DNA of 64,000 nucleotides from Mobula hypostoma (lineage: Eukaryota), in NCBI RefSeq assembly GCF_963921235.1, contig NC_086108.1, forward strand, positions 6,014,001 to 6,078,000. Direction: 5' to 3'. Position numbers and translations under genes: made by a program. Each line of letters opens with the position of its first letter. Position 1 is the stretch's first letter. Below are positions 13,701-28,700 of this stretch, in pieces. The notes beneath the pieces were generated by a model, which did no database searches, had not been told where the DNA came from, and saw only the letters and a program-made list of their open reading frames with translations.

Positions 13701-16700
13701 GGATGGAGGGGCAGGAGGGTGTGGATGGAGAATGGGGATGGGGGTGCAGATTAGAAGTGTGGTGACACTTGCAGACTGCCCCCAGCATAATTCCCACTGA
13801 TTTGTTTTGACACACACAATGCATTTTTCTGCATGTTTTGATGGCTTATGAGTGCCTGAGATCCCAAGAGTTATTGCGTCTGGATTTCACCTCCTAGTAG
13901 GGTCACCCATGGCAGTAAGGTCAAGGGAGAGGTTCCAGACAAAGGGTGATCCAACCAAGACCTCAACGGTGGAGCTGGTGGAAGATGGTGACTCATCATC
14001 ATGGCTGTGAATGCGCAGGAAGGCTTCAGCAGTGTAGGGTCCCGAGTCATTTTGCATCCCGTGCCACTGGACACTGACCCCGACCCATCAAGGACCGAGT
14101 GGTGGCTGCTCATGCATCAATCTCCCCATGTTAAACAAATTCACCCACAGGCATTCTCCATTAGGGAAATAACCCCTCGGGAGAACATCATACTTGTCTT
14201 GAGTGATTACTATACTTCCATTTTTAGATGTAATCATACATATAACAAAAAATTCAACAATGAACCTCTATATGGAACACTGTCCTAAGAAAGCAGGATC
14301 TATCATCAGAGACCACCACCCATGTCATGCTCTCTTCTCACTGTTCCCATCAGGCAGAAGGTACAAGAGCCTCAGGACTCGCACCACCAGGTTCAGGAAC
14401 AGTTACTACCCCTCAACCATCAGGCTTTTGAACAAAAGGGGATAACTGCTCACACTTGCCCATTCATTGAGATTTTCCTACAACCAATGATCCAGTTTCA
14501 AGGACCCTTTATCTCATTATCTCATGTTCTCATTATTTATTGCTATTTCTTTATATTTTCATTTGCACAGTTTGTTGTCTTCTGCACTCTGGTTGATCTT
14601 TCATTGATCCTGTTATTGTTATTACTCAATAGATTTGCTGAGGACGACCACAAGAAACTGAACCTCAGGGCTGTATATGGTGACATGTATGTACTCTGAC
14701 AATAAAATTTACTTTGAACTTAGATTTTGACACTGCTGTGTAATTGATACACAACTCGCAATTTCTACAGCTGTACCGGAGAGCATTCTAACTGGCTGCA
14801 TTACCATCTGGTATGGGGCATGGGCACTGCACAGCTGCAGAGAGCTGTAAACTCAGTCAGCTTCCCATGGGCACTAGTCTCCCTAGTATCCAAGATATTT
14901 TCAAACAGCAGTGCCTTGGAAAGGCAGCATCCATCATTAAGGACTCTTATTATCCAGGGCATGCCCTTTTCTCATTGCTACAATCAGAGAGGAGGTACAG
15001 GAGCCTGAAGACACACACTCAGTGATTCAGGAACAGCTTCTTCCCCTCTGCCATCTGACTTCTGAATGGACAATGAACTCATGAACACTACCTACTTTTT
15101 TTTGCACTACTTACTTAATTTAATATATAATTACTTAGTGTAATTCACAGTTTTTTCCCTATTATCATGTACTGTATTGCATTTTACTGCTACTGCAGAG
15201 TTAACAGATTTCACAACATATGCTGGTGATAATAAAGCTGATTCTGATTCTAAATTGAAGACAAGCTCTTTTATGGTCAGCAGGTCGGGCAGCATCCGTG
15301 GAAACGATCAGGCAACGTTTCGGGCCGGAACCCTTTGTCAGGACGGATTCCGGTCTGAAACATTGACTGATCGTTTCCACGGATGCTGCCCGACCTGCTG
15401 AGTTCCTCCAGCATGTCGTGAGTGTTGCTTTGACGCCAGCATCTGCAGAGTATTTTGTGTTTTCTTTTATGGTCAACTGAAGGGTTGAATGGACTGAAGG
15501 TCTGGGCTGTACAGTTTGTTTGGTTGTATTTTTACTGATATTCTATATGGATTGGTTGTCTTTTATGTGCGAAGACTGGGCCTCAAGCTGCAGTTTCACC
15601 TGGTGAGGTCGAGTGGGGGGGGGGCAGCCTCAGGGCCAGTGAACTCCTCCAGGGCGGTGTGGTGCAGTGTCCAGGCTGGAGCCCGCTCCCCCCCACCGTG
15701 TTTGCTCACAGGAGACGGGCTCTATCGAAATCAACTGGAGATTGATGGAGTGAGTTTTTGATTCTTTTATTACGTGATTATGATACCATTTGTGCTTGCT
15801 ATCTTGAGAGTGCTTTGTGCTGTGTGTGACCATTGGTACTGTGTTTTTTACCTTGACACTGGAGTAACACTCTTTCATTTGGCTATATTCATGAGCATTC
15901 ATGTATAGTTGGGTGATAATTAAACTTGAATGGATTTGAATTGAATTAAAGCTTACCTTGAACTTCCGGATACTTTGCCAGGATTTGAAGAGCCCAGCTC
16001 AGTGTTGTACTGGTTGTTTCAGTTCCAGCCAAAAATAAGTTCAGTGTCGTCAATAGCAAGTTTTCTTGAAAGAATTCGGAGTTAAGATCATCTTTGTCCT
16101 GACTCAAGGCAAACAAAAATCCACGTTTTAAACAGAAGGGATTGTGCAGACGCTGGAAATTGTGAGCAACACACACACAAAAAAAGTGCCGGAAGAACTC
16201 AGCAAGTCAGGCAGCATCTATGGGGGTTAATGAGCAGTTGATGTTGTTTCAACCGAGATCCTTCATCAAGGCTGAAACGGAAAAGGGCAGAAGCCAGAAA
16301 AAGATGGGGGGAGGGAGGTGGGAAGGGAAGGAATACATTTTAACAGCCTTCAGTCGAATTCAACTTTAACTCAACTTCCTGGATCCTTATATTCTTTTTA
16401 TTTTTTTATTTTATTACAATTCAGCGCAGAATAGGCCCTTCTGGCCCTTCAAGCTGTGCTGCCCAGCAACAACCCAATTTAACCCTCGCCTAATTACGGA
16501 ACAATTTACACATTAACCTACCAACTGGCACTGTGGGAAGAAACCCATGCAGTCATGGAGAGAGTGTATAAATTCTTTACAGGAGACGGTGGGTATTGAA
16601 CCTGGGTCACCTGTACTGTGAAGCGTTGTGCTAAGCACTACGCCATCCTAATGTTACCGCGCTCTAAAATAGGCAAATGTTTGCAATAGCAGTTCCCAAA

Positions 16701-19700
16701 GAAACAGAAAATCATGGAAGCTTTTAGGAGGGTCTGTGACAGAGGACTGTTGACACAAAATGCCAGATTTTCTTTCTATAGGCATTGCCTGACCTGCTGA
16801 GAATTTTTGGCATTTTCATTTCTTAGTTTAGATTTCTAGCAGTTGTATAGTTTTCATCGAAAAAGGTAACTTTTTTTGGGCGGCACAGTAATGTAACGCT
16901 TTAGAGTACAGGCGACCCGGGTTCAATTCCAGTCGCTGCCTGGAAGGAGTTTGTACGTTCTCCCCGTGGCCGTGTTGGTTTCCTCCAGGTGCGCCAGTTT
17001 CCACACACAGTCCAAAGACGTACCAGTTAATAGGTCAATTGGTCATTATAAATTGTTCTCTGGTTAGGTTAGGATTCAGCAACGTATGGGGATCACCAAG
17101 TAGAGCGTCCACTCCAAAGTGAGGCTGTACCGGAGCTGTGTTCTGTCCCACTCTTGTACGGGTCAGAATGCAGGAATGTGACAGAGAGCAATCTTGCCAA
17201 GCTGTCGTCATTCCACACCATGAGACTCCGGAAGATCCTTTGTATTTTCTGGCCAAGAAAGATCTCCAACCACACCCTACTCCTTGAGTGTCACCAAGAG
17301 GGCATGGTCACCATCACCATGAGGAAACGTTGGAGATGGGTTGGGCACGTGATGAGAAGAGAGGCCAATGCCATCATCAAGACAGCACTTCACTGGACCC
17401 CTGAAGGGCGGAGAAAATGCGGCAGAGGAAAGACAATTTGGCACCGTACCGTAGAGGCAGAAATGAAGACCCTGAACCACACATGGGGCACAATAGAGAA
17501 GACGGCCGAGGACAGACAGAGATGGAGGACCTTCATTGCAGCCCTAAGCACCAGCGGTGTAATGGGCAGTAAGTAACTAAACTGAATAAATAGATGGGCT
17601 GCTGGTTGGTGCAGCTCTTTGGGCCAAAAGGGCCTGTTCTGTGTCGTGTCCCTAAAATAAAATAAGAAGAGAAAAGTTATTACCTTCAGTATATTTGGTA
17701 GGACAGTGGGAAATGAATGAATGTGAGAAGAAACTTGCTGCCATTACCTCATCCATCTTCATGAGGAAGCAGTCAATATAATCCCGAGGGGAGTCTTTCT
17801 GGACAGTTTCCTTGTGGCTTTGAATAGTTTTGGCCAGAAAACTTCTCAAGTATGTGACATTTTGGAACACCTTTTGGTGAGGTCCGGGCAGGAAATCCAT
17901 GATCCTTGGGAAGTTGTTGTACAACTGCAAAACAAACTCATCATTTTCACTGAGATGGTGCTACACTGGATACCTAATGCTCAGTTCAAAAAGTTCAAAG
18001 TTCAGAGGATATTTATTATCGAAGTATGTATGCAGCATTCTACCCTGAGATTCTTTTTCCCCACAGACAGCCACAAAACAAAGAAAACCATGCAAATGTG
18101 CAAAGAAAAGCAACAAAACCCACCCCCACGTCCAAAAAAAAGAAAAAACGCACAAATGGCAAAAGATTGAAAAATACAGAATATAAAACACAAAATCTAT
18201 AGAGTTCAGACATATTCAGTTCAACTCAGTTCAATATAGCTCTGTGTCGTTCATTATCTGCAGGCCGCCCTGATCAAAGGCACACAAAATCGCAACAAAA
18301 ATCAAGAATTAACCAGAAACACATCATTAGGTGAAATACAGAGTCTAATCCACAAATTACATTGATTAAACCTTGTCCAATACCCAGGGCTACACCACAA
18401 TCCTCCAGTTGCATCGAGCGAGAAGGGAGAGGGAAAGACCACTTGAAAAAAGGAACTTCCTTTGGAAGCAGTGAGCGAGAGGTAGAGAGAGAGAGGGGGA
18501 GAAGGTAGAGGTGGAGGTGGAGAAGAAACCATCACACTCAGACACCTTCCTCTGGCAGCAGCGAGCGAGAGGCTGATAGATGGCACTGAACATCTGCTTA
18601 TCTTCCGTTCTCACCTCGATGATTTCAATCTTCCTTGACTCCTCAAATGGCGAGATTGGTGAGAAATGCAGTCAAATATGGGCTTGCATCCCATCTCCAG
18701 GCTTCTTGGCCTCGAGGCCGCAAGCTTTGTTCGAAACCTCACCGGACATCCCTGGACAACGAAGCGCCAGATCACTCAATTGGCCCAAAAACACACCACC
18801 AAAATGTAGATCACAGACTCCAACAGTAGAAGAACCACATTTGGAAGAAAAAGAAGAGGTAAAAGCATCAAGTTAGAGGTAAGAAATTTGCTTTGTCACA
18901 TGTACATCGAAACATATCGTGGCGTTATTATCTTCGTCTTGAGCCTGTCACTCCTCCTGGAACAAAGGCCCCCGACAGTATCCTGCCAGAGTTCTCTGTT
19001 CCAGGCCAGTCTTTCAAGTTATCCCCAGGTATAGCCCATCTTCTCCTTCCTCTCCCAGGGATGAGGTCTTTAGAGTTTCTGCTGGCGTTTCTGTAGCTCT
19101 GTGATTTTTATGGGATGGAGTTACTAGTGCCAAGCCCAACACTCATCCTTTTGCAGCAGGCTTGGGATCATCCAAAGCAGAGTTGGTGTAATTATGGTGG
19201 TGTTATTATTAAACACCTGGTGCTGGTACTATTTTTTCAATTTCAAGTTTAATTGTCGTTCAACCATACACAAATACCCATGAATACAGCCAAATGAAAC
19301 AGCAATATTCTGGGGCCAAGGTGCAAAGCATAGTACCCACTGTCACACACAGCACAAGCCACATATAGCACATGTAAGACAGCAAGCACATCAGATATCA
19401 GTAAAATACAGTCACACAAAAAAATATGGTCCAGGTCCCTGAGTCCATGAATGTTGCAGCAGTCTGCGGTTAAACACGAGACCAACTTGTCTTCTGCCAA
19501 GTGAACACTGGGAGTCAGCGATGCCAGCTTGGACACCATGCCACACCACCTCCAATGGAGCTCACCAACTCCGACGCCTCTCTCATGGGTGACTGTTGAC
19601 AGGCAACAACACAGCTTGAGGTCTAGACCTCATATGAGTTGTTATTGAGTTTAATGATTAAGGATTAGGACATGCTCTCTCCTCACTGCTGCCATCAGGA

Positions 19701-22700
19701 AGAAGGTACAAGAGCCTCAGGACTCATACCACCAGATTCAAGAATAAGTATTGCCCCTCAACATCAGGATATTGAACCAAAGGGGATAACTTCACTCAAC
19801 TTCACTTATCTCATCATTGAACTGTTCCCACAATCTAAGAATTCACTTCCAAGGACTCTTCATCTCATGTCGCGATAATTATTGCTTATTTATTTATTAT
19901 TATTGTTTCTACTTTTCCATTTGCACTGTTTGTTGTCTCCTGCACTCCGGTTGAATGCCGTAGTCTTTCATTGACTCTGTGACTACACTTTGGCAAGTCT
20001 GATCACGGGGCGTACTTCTACTCCCTGAGTATAGGCAAAGACTGAAGACTGCAGCACCATTAGAGACAACTGAGAAGGTATGGACCAGAGAGGCACAGGA
20101 CTGCTTTGAATCAGTGGACTGGACTGTGTTCAGGCAGTTACCTTCGAACCTGAGTGAGTGTGCCAGAGTTGTCACCGACTTCATTAAAACCCATGTAGAT
20201 GAGGCTATGAAAACTTGCTGTACATTCCCAAATCAAAAGCCTTGAAAGACAAGGGAACACAACCAATCCTCATAGAGGGATCAGAAGTGGAAAGAGTGAG
20301 CAATTTCACATTCCTGGGTGTCAATATCTCTGAAGACCAAACCTGGACACAACATCATATTGATGCAGCTATAAAGAAGGCAGAATAGTGGCTATATTTC
20401 ATTAGGATTTTGAGGATATTTGGTTTTTCAACTAAAACACTCGAAAACTTCTAAAATGTACTATGAAGAGCATTTTGAAGGCTGCATCACCATCTGGTAT
20501 TGGGGCAGGGGGTGGGGGGTGATGGAATTGCTACTGCACAAGATCAAAATAAGTTGCAAAAACTAGTTAAATTAGTCAGCTCCATCATGGGTGCCAGCCT
20601 CTGCAGTATCCAAGATATCTTCAAGGAGTGGTGCCATAGGAAGGCAGTGCTCATCATTAAGGGTCCCCACCATCCGGGACATGCACTTCTCACATTGTTG
20701 CCATCAGGGAGGAGGTACAGGAGCCTGAAGGCACACACTCAGCGATTCAGGAACAGCTTCTTCCCCTCTGCTCTCCAATTTCTGAATGGACATTGGACCC
20801 ATGAATGCTACTTCAGATCTGTTTTTATTTTTGTTATTTTGCACTAATTTTAATTTAACTATTTTATAGACACACACACACATATTTAATGTAACTCAGT
20901 TTTTTCTCTATATTTGTCATGTATTACAATGTACTGCTGCTGTAAAGTTAACAAATTTCACAACATATGTAGGTGATAGTAAATCCGATTCTGATTCAGA
21001 TTCTGTGATAGTTATTATTGTATAGATTTGTTAAGTATGCCCACAAGAAAATAGACTTCAGGGTTGTATGTGGTGACATATATGTACTTTGATAATAAAT
21101 TTACTTTGAACTTTGATTAAGTTAGCTTCATTTATCACACGTATATCGAAACATACAGTGAAATACGTTGTTTGTGTCAACGATCAACACAGTTTTAGGA
21201 TGTGCTGGGGCAGCCCGCAAGTGTCACTATGTTTCTGCTGCCAACTAAGCATGCCCACAACTCACTAACCCTAAACTCTACACCTTTGGACTGTGGGAGG
21301 AAACCAGAGCACTTGGAGGGAAACCACACAGTAACATGGAGAACGTACAAACTCCTTACAGACAGCAGCGGGGATCGAACCCAGGTTGCTGGTGCTATGA
21401 AGCACTATGCCAACGATTATGCTGCCGCAATAGACTCATGTACATCATGATAGAAATAAATCACCAACAGTCTGGAGGCAGAATGGAGTGATGACGGCAC
21501 GAAACGGCAACTCCTTTGTTTGCATCTTCAGAAACAGCTCTATTTCCATCTTTAATATCTTTATTTTTCCCTTTCAGAGTTCTTTTGGAGACACTAACCT
21601 GGAGTTACACACTGATTATGGTTCTTTGCGGGAACAGCACCTGCTCTCAGGTGTTCATGACTGGCCGTTGTCCAGCACGCCAAGGACTCGGCCTAAGAGA
21701 CCGTCTGGGCTTTGGAAGTCCGGGATCTCGGGGCTCTTGAGACGGGCGGATTAAGGATTGGTATCATGGCAGGAGACCCGTGTGTCGTCCGGGGAGTCAG
21801 AATATCTGTGGCTGTGTGCCCAGAGACTTGTGACCTTTGGGCACAGAGCTCAGGTAAAGCGACATGGCAGACTTTTAACATCGTAAACCAGCGAGTTGTT
21901 TATGTCTCCCTGCCCGCTGTGAAAACGGAGACACCTCTTTCTCCCTTATTAGGGAGAGAGAGCACATGTGGTATGTCGAATACTGGGTAAAATGCAAAGT
22001 CTTTGGGGTAAATGCAAGTTGGTGTTTTTGCTGTTGCTTTGCTCACGCTTGAGTGCTCGATGGCGGGTGCTGGTGCTTTATTTGCTGGTGGGGGGAGGGG
22101 AAATTGTTGCTTGCTGCCATTTACGTGTGGGAGGAGGGAGCTGGGGGGGACTTTGGGATTCTGACATTTAACTGTCATTCATTCTTTGGGGCACTTCTCT
22201 GTTTTCGTGGATGGCTAGGAAGAAAAGCATTTCAGTATGCATACTGTATACATTTTTCTGACATTAAATGTACCTTTGAAACCTATTGGTTTGGATCTTA
22301 ACCATCCCACCACTGTCTATAAGGAGCGTGTACGTTCTCCCCGTGACCATGTGGTTTCCTCCAGGTGTTCCAGTTTCCTCCCAGAGTCCAAAGACCTACT
22401 GGTTAATTGGACATTGTGAATTGCCCTTTGGTTAGGCTAGGGTTAAATCGGGGGATTGCTGGGTGGTGTGGCTCAAACTCTGTACTGTATCTCAATAAAT
22501 AAAATTATCTTGGCACAGTCAGTTGAATTTTAAGGTTATTTTAAACCATTAGCCAACAGACATTATGACTGAATGAAATTTGGTTTGAAACATTGATTCA
22601 GTGGTCCAAATAGTATTCTAATTTCAGAATTTTGTGAGGTAGGACACAGACACCAGGGTTATGGATGACCATGGGTCAGCAGACATTGGAAAGTAGGAGG

Positions 22701-25700
22701 CTGACCAGGAATGTGTTGGAATGTTCAAGTTCAGATATAATAAAGGGAGGGACAGGGATTCAAAGATTCAAAGTACATTTATCAGCAAAAAATGTAAAAA
22801 TTGTACAACCTTGAGATTTGTCTGCTTACAGGCAGCCACAAAGCAAGGAAGACCAACACCCAATGTGCAGAGAAAGAGAACAAAATGCAAATCACCCAAA
22901 CAACAGAAGCCAGCAACGACATTTCAAATCAAACTGAGTCATCAGATCAGAATTCCCAGAGTAGCCCGTAGTAGGCCGAAGCCTCGGTCTCAGTTCATCA
23001 TGTTAGTGGGGAAAATTGCTGTGAAGCTCGCAGACAACAAGCACAGCAACTGGAACAGTTTCACAGACTCCAGATTGCGGAGGAAGAAGTGAACATAGTG
23101 GGAGAGCAAGCAAAATTGGTCCAGCTCTCGCCTCTGGTCCCAACACCTTTCCTTTCCAGTCTACCTGAGCCTACATTTAAATTTTCCAAACAGCAGAACA
23201 TACCTTGCATTAGGACCTGAGCCCTGCTGTAACGAAATGCTCCGGGCCTCGACCACACTGCCCAGTGATTCGCTCTGGGACACGTCTTTCTGCAGGCACT
23301 AAGGGTGAAGACTAGCGACCCCCACAGTCAATGATTGAGGTTGATGATCCCGAGTATGAGGGTGGGTTTCCCACCAGCTCGGTGTGTCTTGGGGGGTTGA
23401 CGGTCTGTGCAAGCTCAGAGCTTGAGGCCCAGAGATCAAAGTCCTGCAAATGGCAAGTCCTGGGGTCAATACCCAAGGTCAAAGTTGGAGGGCAAATCCA
23501 GCAATCAGTCGCTGGGTCACTATGTCCGGTAGTCAGAGGTTCGATATCAGTGAGTCGGAGGGACTAGAGGTTGTGGAGGCCTAATATCTGCAAGTCCAAG
23601 AGTCCGGGGCCAAGGACTGCCGGTCAGAGGCCGACCTGAGGTTGGAGACCTGTTTGTGAGAGTAGGTGGGAGGGTGGAAAAGCGGCTCGCATGTTGTGCT
23701 GTTCTGCCAAAGACTGCGGGCATGTTGGGCTAGAACCGGAGAGCTGGTGAAACATGCAGGCTTTCCCCGGCACATCCTTATGTTGTGGAGGTTTTTAACA
23801 CAAATGACACATTTCACTGTATGTATCAGTGTACAGGTGATAAACAAATGAATCTGAATCTTCGATGAGCATTTTCACAGCTGGCAGACTGAGAGATGAG
23901 TAGATTTGTGCATTGTTACAACCATTAAAATAGTCTGGGGGCAACAATATGGAAATAGCCATCCAAAATTAGATCTGAAGTCAAAACTGCAAAAGTACTG
24001 CATTACATTACAAAGTATATTGCAAAAACATTACATTGTAGATTGGGGAACTGCTTCGCCAAACAACTCCTCTCTATCTGCCAAAAGTGAAACTTCCTGA
24101 TGGCCAAATATTTAAATTCCTGATCATTCTGACGCATTGGTTCATGGCGACATCTTAGAAACATAGAAACATAGGAAAATAGGTGCAGGAGTAGGCCATT
24201 CGGCCCTTCGAGCCTGCACCGCCATTTATTATGATCATGGCTGATCATCCAACTCAGAACCCCACCCCAGCCTTCCCTCCATACCCCCTGATCCCCGTAG
24301 CCACAAGGGCCATATCTAACTCCCTCTTAAATATAGCCAATGAACTGGCCTCAACTGTTTCCTGTGGCAGAGAATTCCACAGATTCACCACTCTCTGTGT
24401 GAAGAAGTTTTTCCTAATCTCGGTCCTAAAAGGCTTCCCCTTTATCCTCAAACTGTGACCCCTTGTTCTGGACTTCCCAAACATCGGGAACAATCTTCCT
24501 GCATCTAGCCTGTCCAATCCCTTTAGGATTTTATACGTTTCAATCAGATCCCCCCTCAATCTTCTAAATTCCAACGAGTACAAGCCCAGTTCATCCAGTC
24601 TTTCTTCATATGAAAGTCCTGCCATCCCAGGAATCAATCTGGTGAACCTTCTTTGTACTCCCTCTATGGCAAAGATGTCTTTCCTCAGATTAGGGGACCA
24701 AAACTGCACACAATACTCCAGGTGTGGTCTCACCAAGGCCTTGTACAACTGCAGTAGTACCTCCCTGCTCCTGTACTCAAATCCTCTCGCTATAAATGCC
24801 AGCATACCATTCGCCTTTTTCACCGCCTGCTGTACCTGCATGCCCACTTTCAATGACTGGTATATAATGATACCCAGGTCTCATTGCACCTCCCCTTTTC
24901 CTAATCGGCCACCATTCAGATAATAATCTGTTTTCCTATTTTTGCCACCAAAGTGGAAACTTCACATTTATCCACATTAAATTCCATCTGCCATGAATAT
25001 TGCCCACCCATCCAACCTATCCAAGTCACTCTGCATCATCTTAGCATCCTCCTCACAGCTAACACTGCCACCCAGTTTCGTGTCATCTGCAAACTTGGAG
25101 ATGCTGCATTTAATTCCCTCATCCAAGTCATTAATATATATTGTAAACAACTGGGGTCCCAGCACTGAGCCTTGCGGTACCCCACTAGTCACCGCCTGCC
25201 ATTCTGAAAAGGTCCCGTTTATTCCCACTCTTTGCTTCCTGTCTGCTAACCAATTCTCCATCCACATCAATACCTTACCCCCAATACCGTGTGCTTTAAG
25301 TTTGCACACTAATCTCCTGTGTGGGACCTTGTCAAAAGCCTTTTGAAAATCCAAATATAGAACAGCCACTGGTTCTCCCCTATCCACTCTGCTAGTTACA
25401 TCCTCAAAAAATTCTATGAGATTCGTCAGACATGATTTTCCTTTCACAAATCCATGCTGACTTTGTCCGATCATTTCACCGCTTTCCAAATGTGCTGTTA
25501 CCACATCTTTGATAACTGACTCCAGCAGTTTCCCCACCACCAACGTTAGGCTAACCAGTCTATAATTCCCCGGTTTCTCTCTCCCTCCTTTTTTAAAAAG
25601 TGGGGTTACATTAGCCACCCTCCAATCCTCAGGAACTAGTCCAGAATCTAACGAGTTTTGAAAAATTATCACTAATGCATCCACTATTTCTTGGGCTACT

Positions 25701-28700
25701 TCCTTAAGCACTCTGGGATGCAGACCATCTGGCCCTGGGGATTTATCTGCCTTCAATCCCTTCAATTTACCTAACACCACTTCCCTACTAACATGTATTT
25801 TGCTCAGTTCCTCCATCTCACTGGACCCTCCGTCCCCTATTTCTGGAAGATTATTTATGTCCTCCTTACTGAAGACAGAACCAAAGTAATTATTCAATTG
25901 GTCTGCCATGTCCTTGCTCCCCATAATCAATTCACCTGTTTCTGTCTGTAGGGGACCTACATTTGTCTTTACCAGTCTTTTCCTTTTCACATATCTATAA
26001 AAGCTTTTACAGTCAGTTTTTATGTTCCATGCCAGTTTTCTCTCATAATCTTTTTTCCCCTTCCTAATTAAGCCCTTTGTCCTCCTCTGCTGAACTCTGA
26101 ATTTCTCCCAGTCCTCAGGTGAGCCACTTTCTCTGGCTAATTTGTATGCTTCTTCTTTGGAATTGATACTATCCCTAATTTCCCTTGTCAGCCACGGGTG
26201 CACTACCTTCCTTGATTTATTCTTTTGCCAAACTGGGATGAACAATTGTTGTAGTTCATCCATGCAACCTTTAAATGCTTGCCATTGCATATCCACCGTC
26301 AATCCTTTAAGTGTCATTTGCCAGTCTATCTTAGCTAATTCACGTCTCATACCTTCAAAGTTACCCCTCTTTAAGTTCAGAACCTTTGTTTCTGAATTAA
26401 TTATGGCACTCTCCATCTTAATGAAGAATTCCACCATATTATGGTCACTCTTACCCAAGGGGCCTCTCACAACAAGATTGCTAATTAACCCTTCCTCATT
26501 GCTCAAAACCCAGTCCAGAATAGCCTGCTCTCTAGTTGGTTCCTCGACATGTTGGTTCAAAAAACCATCCCTCATATATTCCAAGAAATCCTCTTCCTCA
26601 GCACCTTTACCAATTTGGTTCACCCAATCTTGTGCCCAGAAGAGGCCATCTCAAGGTGGAGGAGCCACACCTGATGTCCTGTCCAGGTAGCCTCCAACCT
26701 GATGGCATGAATATCAATTCCTCATTTTGATAAAAAGATTTTTCTCTTTATTGCCCCATCCCCTCATCTCTTTTCCACACTGGCCTCTTACTTCTCCTCA
26801 CCTGCCCATCCCCGCCCCCGGCTCCCCTCCCCCTTCCCTTTTTTCTGTGGTTCACTTTCCTCTCCTATTAGATTCCTTCTTCTCCAGCCCTTTATCTTTC
26901 CCACCCACTGGGCTTCATCCATTAGCTTCCAGCTATCCTCCCTCCCATCTCCCCACCTTCTCATTCTAGCAGCTCTCCCCTTCCCTTCCAGCCCTGAAGA
27001 AGGGTCTTGGCCCAAAGTATTAACTCTTTATTCATTTCCATAAATGCTGCCTGTCCTACTGAGTTCCCCCAGCATTTTGTGTGTGTTGTTTAAATATACA
27101 TTTGTTAATATTAAATGCACTCCCCCATCTTGCTGATAAATAATTAATGTTGATCTTGAATTTCTCAGTTTCACTTACACATTGACCACCTGAGTCTCAG
27201 ATGAAAATATATTTGCTCTTAACTTCAGTAACTCACACAATCCACTGTAAAGAGACATACCTGTATCCAGGGGCTACTGAAAGTGCGGGCACTTTCTGCA
27301 ACCAGCTCCATCAGCCAGAGAAATTGTTTATCTTCGTAATCAAAACGTTTTCCAAAGGTGATGGAACAGATGATGTTTGACGTTGCACTTCGCACGAGAA
27401 AGTTTGGGTTGAAAGGTTGACCTGGTCCAATTAAAGAGGCCATTTAGAAAATCATAGGACATTAAAATGAAATTTTGGGGCAGTCCTAAATGTTTTTTGG
27501 AAATTAAACACAAGAGATTCTGCAGATCCTGGAAATGCAGAGTAACACACACACAAGGAGGCAAGAGTGGGGAATAAACTTTTGTCACCTTCTCATTCTG
27601 GCATCTTCCCCCCTCTTTTCCAGTCATGATGAAAGCTCTCGGCCAAAAACGTTGACCATTTATTCCTCTCTGTAGATGCTGCCTGACCTGCTGAGGTCCT
27701 GCAGCATTTTGTATGTGGTGTTATAGATATTAAATACATCTTCGTTCAAAAGGTATCAATTAGTTACTTAATACAGAACCAGTGAGGCCTCACTTGGAGT
27801 ATCGTGAGCAGTTTTGGGCCCCTTATCTAAGAAAGCATATGCTGACATATGGGAGGGTCCAGAGGAGGTTCACAAAAATGATTAAAAGGCTTGTCATATG
27901 AGGAACATCTGCTGCCTCTGGGACTGTATTCACTAGAATTCAGAAGATTGAGGGGTGACCTCATTGAAACCGATCAAATGTTGAAAATTCTCGATAGAGT
28001 GGATGCAAAGAGGACATTTCCTATGCTGGGGGAGACTTGGACCAGAGGGCACAACCTCAGAATAGAGGGATGTCAGAACAGAGATGAGGGGGAATTTATA
28101 TAGCCAGAGAATGGTGAGTCTGTGGAATTCGTTGCCACAGGCGGCTGTGGAGGCCAGGTAATTGGGTATACTTAAGGCAAAGGTGGATAGATTCTTGATT
28201 AGTCAGGGCATGAAGGGATTCGGGGAGAAGGTAGGCCATCGAATGCTGTAGTGACAAACCTTTCTTATCCCCGAAGCTTGTTACCAGGAACTGGGCTTCT
28301 TCCTGAATCCTCTCCTCAATGCTCTTTTTCCCCATTCCAAAATTCCTCAAGGTGCTGAGAGTGAATCTCCGAAGCTGCTTCCATCTCTCACCACTGCTGA
28401 AAGCAACTCCTGCAAGAGAGACCTCAGGTTATCGTCCCTTTGGAAGGGGTTGTCTATTGTCTAAGGGCCAAACATTCTTAACCAGTTTCCCAATTTATTC
28501 TTTACCCTTCCTTACAACTGCCAAGTTGTTCTAAGCTCCTCATCTCAGTGCTCATTCTTCTAGGTAGGAATTGCTACTATAGAATTCCACAGTTAAATCA
28601 GCTGGTGTTCCTGGTCACCAAACACAGTCCAAGGTTTCCCTGATTAGATGTCACAAGACGAACAAAAAGGAACTGTAAAAGAATTGGAGAGGTTCACAAG

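Noticed and set aside
24254..26623. 548-aa and 199-aa ORFs as a host gene or active LINE
   Set aside because: 5'-truncated CR1 ORF2 with a frameshift near 24980 and no ORF1 or promoter.
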